In this document: one piece after another, positions 26,618 through 33,672 of the stretch | Layout: each line of letters begins with the position of its first letter | Position numbering within the stretch: position 1 is the first letter of the stretch | Virus record (IMG/VR): IMGVR_UViG_3300017548_000007 | Span: 1 to 33,672 of that record | Length of the DNA: 33,672 nt | Reading direction: 5' to 3' (one strand) | Origin: a virus | Lineage: Duplodnaviria > Caudoviricetes | Notes under the pieces: model-generated | What the model saw: the letters and a program-made list of their open reading frames with translations, nothing else | Databases searched by the model: none | Told to the model about the DNA's origin: nothing | Position numbers and translations under genes: made by a program

Positions 26618-27592
26618 TCAGTCCAAGACGGTTCTGTTGTCGTCTCCGACGATGTCCTCGATGATGTAAGGTGGGCGCCTCTTAGCCTCCATATAAGTTT
26701 TCCCGACGTACTCCCCGATGATCCCGAGAGACAGGATCTGCACTCCGCTAAAGAACATCATCGGAACGACTATCGAAGCCCAGCCAGGCAGGCTAGCGAA
26801 GCCGAAAAGGGAAGCCAGCAACGCCCACGTCCCTACGGCAAACGCAGCCATAGACGTGAGGAATCCGAAGGCGGTGATCAGCCGCAGGGGCTTCATCGAA
26901 AATGAAGTGATGCCATTGAGGGCCAAGGCAAGCATCCGGCGCAACGGGTACTTGGATTCCCCAGCAACCCGACTGACGCGGCTATACGTGACGAAGGCAA
27001 ATGGAAAACCCAATTGAGGGACGATCGCTCTCAAGAAGAGGTTGGTTTCTGGGTATGCCCGAAGAGCATCGATAGCGGCGCGCCCCATCAGCCGGTAGTC
27101 AGCGTGGTTGTAGACGATCTCGACCCCTAGCAGCGAGAGCACCTTGTAATAGCTTTGAGCTGTTGATCGCTTGAAGGTGCTATCCGAAGTGCGATCGGCG
27201 CGAACACCGTATACGATCTGCTTTCCCTCATGGAAGAATCGGACCATCTGCTTCATGACGACAGGATCATCCTGTAGGTCAGCATCAATTGTGATGACCG
27301 CATCGCAGCCGCTGGACATCAGTCCCGCGAGGACGGCGTTCTGATGGCCCCTGTTGCGCGACAGCTTAACGCCGCCGAAGGTTTCGGGAGCCTCCGAAGA
27401 AAGGCGACTGATGATGCTCCACGTGGCATCTTTGGAGCCGTCATCTACAAAACGTATTCGGCTGCGCGAGGAGACAAGACCCTCTGCTTTCATCGCGTCC
27501 AGGATGGCCTTGAGTTCACGGGCTGATGCCGGCAGAGCCTCTTCTTCGTTAAAGCAGGGCACTACGATGTCGAGGGAAGTCATATCCGACAT
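26618..27592 (-). CDS. gtrB: GT2 polyprenol-phosphate glycosyltransferase (GtrB/YkcC-like)
   Basis: IVVPCFNEE, VDDGSKD, LSRNRGHQ, IDADLQDDP, ADYRLM and RVAGESKY motifs; two C-terminal TM helices ending GIIGEYVGK. Confidence 0.93.
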   Translation of the reverse strand: MSDMTSLDIVVPCFNEEEALPASARELKAILDAMKAEGLVSSRSRIRFVDDGSKDATWSIISRLSSEAPETFGGVKLSRNRGHQNAVLAGLMSSGCDAVITIDADLQDDPVVMKQMVRFFHEGKQIVYGVRADRTSDSTFKRSTAQSYYKVLSLLGVEIVYNHADYRLMGRAAIDALRAYPETNLFLRAIVPQLGFPFAFVTYSRVSRVAGESKYPLRRMLALALNGITSFSMKPLRLITAFGFLTSMAAFAVGTWALLASLFGFASLPGWASIVVPMMFFSGVQILSLGIIGEYVGKTYMEAKRRPPYIIEDIVGDDNRTVLD

Positions 27593-27644
27593 TCGGTCAG
27601 CTTCATCGTGATGATCAGCGGCGCCAAAGCGAAGGGAAAGGGGC

Positions 27645-28337
27645 TCATCGACGAGCGGTGACGTAGTACTGAGCGCCCAGAGGCAGTCTTGTGAGGTGCC
27701 TCTCGGCCGGGCGGAGGAACGCTAATCGGTGCGGAAAAAAGATGCGGTATTTGACCGAGATGTCTTTCCACCCGGCCTGGGCGCACTCCTTGGACAGTTT
27801 ACGGGCAGTCAGCAGCCGCGCATTTTCATCAAAGGGACATGTATTGACGGCGCGCACGGTTAAGGGGTTTAGCGGGTTGTGCTCAAAGATTGCAAGCATA
27901 CCGCCCGGCCGCACGACACGATGAAGCTCCTTAAGCCACAAGTCATGTTCCTCATGCGGGATGTGGTGGAAGACGCACGCTGAAAAGGCGGCATCAAACG
28001 AATTGTCTCCAACCGGAACGCGATCCTGTTCGATTTGGATGTAGCTCTCGGGTCCGGGGTAGCGGCCGCGCGACAATTCCAGCGAGCGCGGGGAAACATC
28101 TGCACATGTCAGCCTCACATCGCTGACGTGTTTTCGAAAGTAGGGGATCGAATTCCCGATGCCTGAGCCGAAGTCAACTATGGCCGGGGAGACTAGACCC
28201 GCTTCACGCAGCTCACGGGCGAAATCGATGATTTTGTACTCGGAGAAGTACTCAGGCGTTTCGCCAGTTACGGCGATGTTCGATGCATGCTGCGTGTAAT
28301 ACTCGTCCGCGAAGCGATCAAATTCCGCCTGTTCCAC
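27645..28337 (-). CDS. Class I SAM-dependent methyltransferase
   Basis: Motif I VDFGSGIG, ADVS, FDAAFSACVFHHIP, RVVRPGG; GTG start after AGGGAG. Confidence 0.9.
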   Translation of the reverse strand: MEQAEFDRFADEYYTQHASNIAVTGETPEYFSEYKIIDFARELREAGLVSPAIVDFGSGIGNSIPYFRKHVSDVRLTCADVSPRSLELSRGRYPGPESYIQIEQDRVPVGDNSFDAAFSACVFHHIPHEEHDLWLKELHRVVRPGGMLAIFEHNPLNPLTVRAVNTCPFDENARLLTARKLSKECAQAGWKDISVKYRIFFPHRLAFLRPAERHLTRLPLGAQYYVTARR

Positions 28338-28443
28338 GCTCGCTCCCTATCCCACTAGGCAATCGTTGCCGTTTCTCGCGGGTCGGCACAAAACCACAGC
28401 CGCCCCTCCCCACGCAATCCCTCATCTGAAATCTGGAGACAGC

Positions 28444-28653
28444 ATGTCGTTTCTCGGCAGGCTTTCGCGCGTCCTCAATCTCATCACGGGCGGGGCGAGG
28501 GGAGAGACGCTGTGCGCTCGCATGGCGAGAACGCGGGGCCACTGGTGCTGGTTCTGTGTCGCTATCGGCTGGCTGCTCCGGGATCCGCTCCATTGTTGGA
28601 ATGAACGCATCTCCGAAATCCGAAAATCGATAGGAGGGCCGCATGGCTCGTGA
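28444..28653 (+). CDS. Small Cys/His-containing phage protein upstream of endolysin (69 aa)
   Basis: GGAG RBS, ATG 28444; N.ITGG..GETLCAR...C..C......DPLHC pattern recurrent in phage pre-lysis genes. Confidence 0.7.
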   Translation: MSFLGRLSRVLNLITGGARGETLCARMARTRGHWCWFCVAIGWLLRDPLHCWNERISEIRKSIGGPHGS

Positions 28654-29443
28654 AACGCTGCCAACAGCATTATCGCTGATGTTCGGCCATGAAGGCGGCT
28701 ACGTGAACGCGAAGACCGACCGCGGCGGCCCGACGAAATACGGCATTACGCATCGGACGCTTGCCGCTCACCGCGGCGTACCGTCCGTGACGCCGGCACA
28801 GGTCAAAGCGCTGACGCTGAAAGAGGCCGAGGAAATCTATCGGCGTTCGTATTGGACGCAGAGCGGCGGTGATCTGCTGCCTGCCGGGTTGGACTACGCG
28901 GCGTTCGACTTCGGCGTGAACAGTGGACCCGCGCGGGCGGTCAAGAGTTTGCAGAAGGTCGTCGGCGTGACGCAGGACGGCATTGTCGGCGGACAGACTG
29001 TTGCTGCCGTTGGGCGGTATCCGGGCGGCGTACAGGCGCTGATCCGTGCCTATTGCGATGAGCGCATGCGTTTCCTGCGCAGTCTGGGCGGCCCGCAAGG
29101 CTGGTCCGCGAACGGACGTGGCTGGACGCGGCGCGTTACTGGCAAGGATCCTGCTGGAAAGCTGAAAGACGAGTTGGGCGTGGTGGGCAATGCTCTGCGC
29201 CTGGCGGGAGGCGCACAGCCTGTGGAAAACGCGCCCGTCCCTGCGGGAAAGGCAAACCCCGCCGACCGCAGCGTTACGGACATCGTGAAAGACGAGCCAT
29301 CGCTGCTGGTATCGCTCCTGTCGTCTCTAGGAGCCTTTGCAGCGGGCAGCGGGCCGATCCAGTGGGCGTTGGCCTTCGCAGTCGTCGTCGGCGTTTCCTA
29401 CGGCCTCTACAGGCTGGTGAAGCGGGAGAGGGCGAATGCTTAG
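28643..29443 (+). CDS. Endolysin, glycoside hydrolase family 108, with PG-binding motif and C-terminal TM segments
   Basis: HEGGYVN...DRGGPTKYGIT, FDFGVNSGP.RA, LQK.VGV.QDGIVG.QT and GRGWTRRV; hydrophobic C-terminus. Confidence 0.92.
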   Translation: MARETLPTALSLMFGHEGGYVNAKTDRGGPTKYGITHRTLAAHRGVPSVTPAQVKALTLKEAEEIYRRSYWTQSGGDLLPAGLDYAAFDFGVNSGPARAVKSLQKVVGVTQDGIVGGQTVAAVGRYPGGVQALIRAYCDERMRFLRSLGGPQGWSANGRGWTRRVTGKDPAGKLKDELGVVGNALRLAGGAQPVENAPVPAGKANPADRSVTDIVKDEPSLLVSLLSSLGAFAAGSGPIQWALAFAVVVGVSYGLYRLVKRERANA

Positions 29444-29681
29444 CGCCATCCTATCCGGCCTCTGGTCCCGCCTGACAGGCTACGCCATCGCCATTGGCGC
29501 CGCGCTCACCATCCTCTTTGCCGCCTATCGCAAGGGCCAGAAGGATGCCGCAGCCCGTGAGAACGAGCGCCGCCTGAAATCCATCAAGAAAGCCAAGGAA
29601 GTTGAACATGAGATCGGTGGTCTGGACGATGATGCTGTCAGCCGCGAGCTTGACCGCTGGATGCGCGACCGTGGGCGGTGA
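29436..29681 (+). CDS. Rz: i-spanin (Rz-like)
   Basis: N-terminal TM followed by a short coiled coil; overlaps the downstream lipoprotein ORF. Confidence 0.75.
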   Translation: MLSAILSGLWSRLTGYAIAIGAALTILFAAYRKGQKDAAARENERRLKSIKKAKEVEHEIGGLDDDAVSRELDRWMRDRGR

Positions 29682-29802
29682 CTACTGTCAGGTGGCCCGC
29701 GCCATCCGGCCATCGGTCGAGGACCAGATGACGCCGGAAACCAAGCGGCAAATCCTGGCTGAGAACAGCAAGCTTGCCAAGCTATGCGGGGTTCGTCCGT
29801 GA
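29608..29802 (+). CDS. Rz1: o-spanin lipoprotein (Rz1-like)
   Basis: AAGGA RBS, ATG 29608; lipobox LTAG-C; overlapped with Rz in another frame; two further Cys. Confidence 0.8.
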   Translation: MRSVVWTMMLSAASLTAGCATVGGDYCQVARAIRPSVEDQMTPETKRQILAENSKLAKLCGVRP

Positions 29803-30068
29803 ACGCCCGGCGGCTCCCGGCCATGACTGCCGATGAATTGGAACTGCTCATCCGCAAGACGTTCCGCGAAGAACTGGACAGGGCTGGGCTGCGGCTGGAC
29901 GCCCCAGAGCACCAAGACGCGGCACGAGAGGACTTCCGGTTCATCCGCCGCATGCGGCTCGCCTTCGATGGCGCAGCTTCCAAGATTGGCTATGCGATCC
30001 TCACGGCTTTCGTGGGCGGCTTTATCTGGTTGATCGTTCAGGGCGCCAATCTCTGGAAAGGCTCCTGA
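29799..30068 (+). CDS. Holin-like / lysis-associated membrane protein with a single C-terminal TM
   Basis: GTGA overlap with Rz1 stop (alternative ATG 29823); soluble N-terminus plus one TM; in lysis cassette. Confidence 0.6.
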   Translation: MNARRLPAMTADELELLIRKTFREELDRAGLRLDAPEHQDAAREDFRFIRRMRLAFDGAASKIGYAILTAFVGGFIWLIVQGANLWKGS

Positions 30069-30118
30069 ATTTCACCTGAAATCTTTCGGGCATTTCCTTT
30101 CACAATAGGGGACACATT

Positions 30119-30760
30119 ATGAGCCTGCGCTATGTCGCGGGGCTGCTGGCATTCGTCGTGGTTTTCGTGACGATGCTGGTGGCCGCCGTCTACAAAACTG
30201 TGCCCGCGCTTCCACCTGCCGGGCCTGTCATCAAGATCATGTCTGATGGCGGTCACGGTTCCGGCGTGCACATAGGCGGTGGGTTTATCCTTTCAGCCGG
30301 CCACGTCATTCCGATCAAGCCCGTCCCGATGACAGCCAAGGGCGATGATGGCCGGGAGCACAAGATTGAAGTGCTCTGGGTCAATCGCGAATACGACATC
30401 GCCCTGATGTACGTCGAAGATCACAAGACCATCGGAGCCGCAAGCCTCGAATGCCGGGAACCACGGCGCGGTGAATCCATCATCGCTATCGGCAACCCGA
30501 TAGTGCTCGAATTTATCGAAACGCGCGGGCATGTCGCAGGTAACGCGCGCAAGGCCGGTCACTGGAAATGGGCCGTACCCAGCGACATTTCGGTTGCAGG
30601 TGGCATGTCAGGGGGGGGCATATTCAGCGCCTCTGGCCGGTTGATCGGCATCACGGTCGGGATGCTTCTTCAGCCTCTCGGGTTCGGCGGCACAGCCGTA
30701 GGCATTGCGTTCTTCGTGCCCGGCTCCACGATCTGCAATCTTCTGGCAAGGGCAGGGTGA
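30119..30760 (+). CDS. Trypsin-like (S1) serine protease with N-terminal membrane anchor/signal
   Basis: Catalytic triad motifs SAGHV, DIALM and GGMSGGG; GHGSGV and AIGNP; hydrophobic residues 5-25. Confidence 0.9.
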   Translation: MSLRYVAGLLAFVVVFVTMLVAAVYKTVPALPPAGPVIKIMSDGGHGSGVHIGGGFILSAGHVIPIKPVPMTAKGDDGREHKIEVLWVNREYDIALMYVEDHKTIGAASLECREPRRGESIIAIGNPIVLEFIETRGHVAGNARKAGHWKWAVPSDISVAGGMSGGGIFSASGRLIGITVGMLLQPLGFGGTAVGIAFFVPGSTICNLLARAG

Positions 30761-30764
30761 CAGC

Positions 30765-31991
30765 ATGGGCCAAAAGCCTCTCACAGAGGAACAGGTCCGC
30801 GAAGCTGTTGAAGCCATGAACATCCACGGAAGCCAGATCAAGGCGTCCGATGCTATTGGCATATCGCGTGGCACGCTCCAGAACAGATTGCGCAGGGCCG
30901 AGCAATGGGGATGGCTTGGCGGTGAGCCGCTCCCCGGCTTTGAGATCACCAAGACGACAACGGTCAAGGATGACGCCGGCAATACCGTCCGAGAGTTCAT
31001 CCAGCAGAAGCCTGAACAGGACCGCAAATCCTTCGCGCTCCCTGACGGCCACGACCTTAAGGGCGTCTCTGCACTGGTGGACGGCAATGGGCATGTCGTC
31101 CAAGCCTGGTACAAGAGCAAGCAGGCCGATCCGTCCATCGAATCGACAATTGAGACGATCAAAACAGCGCTTGAAAATTGGTCTCCTGCCGCTCCCCACA
31201 TCCAGCGCCCTACCGACTGCGACACCGACCGTCTGGTCGTCTATGTGCTGTGCGACTGGCATATCGGTCTCTATGCCGATGCGCGCGAAACCGGCACGCA
31301 GAATTGGGATCTGAAAATCGCTCATGACGTGATCGGCAGCGCCATGCGTGAGGTGATCGAGCAATCGCCCAAGAGCCACAATGCCATTGTGCTCGGTCTT
31401 GGCGACCTGATGCACGCCGATGATGGACGCAACCAGACGCCCAACTCCGGCAACATCCTAGACGTGGACACCCGACATCATCGATGCCTTGAAACCGTGG
31501 TCGATATGCTGGCTGAAACCTGCGACCTCGTTGCGAGGAAGCACGGATCGGTCGAGGCGGTATTCAAGCCCGGGAACCATGATCCAAGCTCAACGGTCGG
31601 GATAAGGCAGGCCATGCGCATGTTCTTTCGTGACACAGAGCATGTGAGCATCGATACCGGGGCCGATCCGTTCTATTGGCAAAGGTTCGGTGTTAACCTC
31701 ATCGGCGGCACGCATGGCGACAAGGCAAAAATCCCCGACCTTCCGCTCATCATGGCGAACCGATGCAAGGAAGATTGGGCGCTCACTTCAACGCGCCATA
31801 TCCACACCGGCCATATTCACCACGATACGTTACAGGAGAGAGGCGGGGTCCACGTCTACTCGCACCGCGCCCCCGTGGCGCAGGACGCCTACCACGCATC
31901 GCATGGCTACCTGTCGGGCCGCTCCATCAAGAGTTTCACCTACCATTCAGAGAAGGGATGCAGGGGCAGCACTGAGGTGGAGATTGCATGA
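30765..31991 (+). CDS. HTH-domain calcineurin-like metallophosphoesterase
   Basis: N-terminal GSQIKASDAIGISRGTLQNRL HTH; all five MPE motifs DWH, GD, GNHD, HGD and GHIH; ATG 30765. Confidence 0.88.
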   Translation: MGQKPLTEEQVREAVEAMNIHGSQIKASDAIGISRGTLQNRLRRAEQWGWLGGEPLPGFEITKTTTVKDDAGNTVREFIQQKPEQDRKSFALPDGHDLKGVSALVDGNGHVVQAWYKSKQADPSIESTIETIKTALENWSPAAPHIQRPTDCDTDRLVVYVLCDWHIGLYADARETGTQNWDLKIAHDVIGSAMREVIEQSPKSHNAIVLGLGDLMHADDGRNQTPNSGNILDVDTRHHRCLETVVDMLAETCDLVARKHGSVEAVFKPGNHDPSSTVGIRQAMRMFFRDTEHVSIDTGADPFYWQRFGVNLIGGTHGDKAKIPDLPLIMANRCKEDWALTSTRHIHTGHIHHDTLQERGGVHVYSHRAPVAQDAYHASHGYLSGRSIKSFTYHSEKGCRGSTEVEIA

Positions 31992-32191
31992 AGCCGCGCG
32001 TCCTCCTGTTGCCAGACGTTCCCGTAACATCGAAGCCCGAAATGGTCTGTCTCCGTCTCGTCACGGATGTGCAGGGCGAGCATTACGACTATCTGGAAAC
32101 GATGCTCACTGCGGAAGAAGCGCGACGGCTGGCGCTTCGGCTGCTGTCCGATTCGGAGCGAGCATTGGTGGTGCGTCAGCGCGGCGGGTAA
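31988..32191 (+). CDS. Hypothetical protein (67 aa)
   Basis: ATGA overlap with phosphoesterase stop; GGAG RBS. Confidence 0.65.
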   Translation: MKPRVLLLPDVPVTSKPEMVCLRLVTDVQGEHYDYLETMLTAEEARRLALRLLSDSERALVVRQRGG

Positions 32192-32472
32192 AAGTCGGTG
32201 ATGACCATGGGAGGCTTATCCAGCGCCTTCGCGTCCTTCGCTGCTATCTCCAGTGCATCCCGTGCTTTGGACGCATCCTCCACACCTTGCAACGCCCGCA
32301 GGCACGCTTGTCGTGCTGCTATGTGAGCCTTCCTGCCCTGACTGCCCGGCCATTTGTTCAGCAGCAGATCAGCCGCCTTGGCAACGCTGGTGACGACCTC
32401 CAGATAGCCGTCCTTTCTGCGGACGAACACTGGCTCATCAAAGGGCTTATCTAGGGGATCGAGACGCAACAC
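32176..32472 (-). CDS. DUF982-family protein
   Basis: F.EPV.V......V.SV..AA..LL.KWP...G...H..A..ACL.AL......AR.A...AA.DA pattern of rhizobial DUF982. Confidence 0.8.
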   Translation of the reverse strand: MLRLDPLDKPFDEPVFVRRKDGYLEVVTSVAKAADLLLNKWPGSQGRKAHIAARQACLRALQGVEDASKARDALEIAAKDAKALDKPPMVITDFYPPR

Positions 32473-32519
32473 ACATACTCCAGCTGCGATTCAATGTGGT
32501 GGTAGCGATGCGGTTCCCG

Positions 32520-32549
32520 TTGAAATCCGTTCCGCATCTGTTCTAGTCT
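32520..32549 (+). promoter_or_regulatory. Sigma70-type promoter with an alphaproteobacterial LexA box in the spacer
   Basis: TTGAAA (32520-25), N18, TAGTCT (32544-49); GTTC-CGCATCT-GTTC at 32529-32543 matches GTTC-N7-GTTC. Confidence 0.75.
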
Positions 32550-32555
32550 GGACGG

Positions 32556-32891
32556 ATGCACCCGTTCAAGATGCCAGAGATCACCTATCCGCTGTCGATC
32601 GACACCATCGGCAAGCTGATCGTCACAGCCCATACGGTATGGGTGTATTGCAATGCCTACCAGTGCAATCACCGTGGCAGGCTCAACCTCATCCCTCTGG
32701 TCTACAAGCTTGGAGCAGACCATTCATGCATGGCGGACGATCTAAGGCCGCATGTGTTCTGCCCAAAATGCCGGGAGGCAGGTAAGCCAGACCGCAACAT
32801 CAGTTTCAGCATCATGCCGCTGACTGCACCGCACTCGGAATGGCCGAAGCAGCAATTTGAGGCGGACGTGTTTAAACGGGCAAGGGGTTAG
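32556..32891 (+). CDS. Small zinc-binding protein (C-x4-C-x-H ... CPKC), probably SOS-induced
   Basis: VYCNAYQCNH and FCPKC; downstream of LexA box; no RBS before ATG 32556. Confidence 0.75.
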   Translation: MHPFKMPEITYPLSIDTIGKLIVTAHTVWVYCNAYQCNHRGRLNLIPLVYKLGADHSCMADDLRPHVFCPKCREAGKPDRNISFSIMPLTAPHSEWPKQQFEADVFKRARG

Positions 32892-32995
32892 CTCTCTGCT
32901 GCTTTGCGGATCATGGCGCGGTAGCAATTTTCAGATCGCGACCCTCCCTTCGCGACGGCAAGAGCTTCCTGCGCTCCTTCAATCATACGCTTCAT
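32888..32995 (-). CDS. Unannotated 35-aa protein MKRMIEGAQEALAVAKGGSRSENCYRAMIRKAAES
   Basis: ATGA overlap with SLOG stop; AGGAG RBS; below the ORF-track cut-off. Confidence 0.6.
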   Translation of the reverse strand: MKRMIEGAQEALAVAKGGSRSENCYRAMIRKAAES

Positions 32996-33429
32996 GCTCT
33001 CTCCTGTGTAGGGAAGGGGACTTCGCGCACTTCGATTCCGGCGGCACGGGCGCGCCTCACCATGTCAGCCGTCCCGCGACCACCGGGAAATGCTAGGACC
33101 AGATCGGGCTTTCCCTCATCGATCATACGTTGATTGCGGCGTGGGCCGGCTGAGCGATCGAGTTTGCCGTCTGGGTACCAGATCGCAGGATAAGCCTCGA
33201 CAGGTCGCATAGACATGCCAGCCCAATAGTCCGCATGACGGTCAGCACCTGTCCTGCACGCACCGTGGATGAGTACCTTCAACTTCCGATCAATTGTGAT
33301 CTCGTCCAGCGTGTCTCGGAGAAGCCTCACTTCCGATATCGCCTTGGCGCGGAAGCGAGGCAATTCTGCGGGACCGCACCACTTTGGTATCTCGCCAAAA
33401 TCCCGACCGCCGCAGACTAGAACGCGCAT
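32992..33429 (-). CDS. SLOG-superfamily protein (DUF2493/YspA-related)
   Basis: MRVLVCGGRDF, LIHGA..GAD..A, AGPRRNQRM and AFPGGRGTADM motifs; ATG 33429 after GGAGG. Confidence 0.88.
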   Translation of the reverse strand: MRVLVCGGRDFGEIPKWCGPAELPRFRAKAISEVRLLRDTLDEITIDRKLKVLIHGACRTGADRHADYWAGMSMRPVEAYPAIWYPDGKLDRSAGPRRNQRMIDEGKPDLVLAFPGGRGTADMVRRARAAGIEVREVPFPTQERA

Positions 33430-33444
33430 TGCTGCCTCCAAACG

Positions 33445-33459
33445 GAACAGCCGGGGAAC
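33445..33459 (-). promoter_or_regulatory. Second LexA box upstream of the SLOG gene RBS
   Basis: + strand GAAC-AGCCGGG-GAAC, i.e. GTTC-N7-GTTC on the - strand. Confidence 0.65.
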
Positions 33460-33551
33460 AGGCTGTGCCAATTCTGCGCCAACCACCTGTGCGTGGTCAT
33501 GCATTGTTCTGCGTGGGCTTGGAGAATGGCGGGCGCAAAAGCCCTAGAAAA

Positions 33552-33626
<75 letters not shown>

Positions 33627-33644
33627 GCGCCGGAGGTGGCCGGG

Positions 33645-33672
33645 CTTCTGCCACAACATCCGCCATAGTGCA
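33645..33672 (-). promoter_or_regulatory. Possible host tRNA promoter
   Basis: (T)TGCAC-N17-CAGAAG followed by a GC-rich discriminator; the first -35 base lies outside the window. Confidence 0.35.

Noticed and set aside
27645-28337. DNA methyltransferase (restriction-modification) call
   Set aside because: Lacks DPPY/NPPY or PC catalytic motifs; has the small-molecule class I pattern (VFHHIP, RVVRPGG) and sits in a glycosylation operon
31690-32454. 254-aa + strand ORF
   Set aside because: Overlaps three better-supported genes (phosphoesterase, 67-aa ORF, DUF982); low-complexity Arg/Ala/Ser translation

Overview
The window is the right-hand part of a temperate podovirus-type prophage, with the gene order of BPP-1/T7-like short-tailed phages. 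It ends at the 3' end of an intact host tRNA-Thr(GGT) gene (33552-33626, - strand), the likely attachment site. The host is probably a Rhizobiales/Hyphomicrobiales alphaproteobacterium, judging from high GC, a DUF982-like gene and GTTC-N7-GTTC LexA boxes. The + strand late operon runs: small ORFs, terminase small and large subunits, portal, scaffold, major capsid, decoration protein, tail adaptor and nozzle, a GNAT-like gp13 analogue, four ejection proteins (one with an inserted lysozyme domain, one with an inserted PBECR-like nuclease domain), two beta-helix tailspikes and a lysis cassette (GH108 endolysin with C-terminal membrane segments, Rz/Rz1 spanins, holin-like protein). Accessory content: (i) an antisense cassette of SAM methyltransferase + gtrB + gtrA + gtrC-type genes directly behind the tailspikes; (ii) a membrane-anchored trypsin protease + HTH-metallophosphoesterase + small ORF unit behind the lysis genes; (iii) two convergent LexA-box-preceded units beside att (a leaderless Zn-finger gene; a SLOG/DUF2493 gene plus an unannotated 35-aa ORF); (iv) a small antisense moron after the ejection genes; (v) a tandemly repeated RNA hairpin motif between a terminator and the capsid gene. 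Integrase, repressor and replication genes are not in the window. All family assignments come from motif recognition by eye and from synteny, not from database searches.
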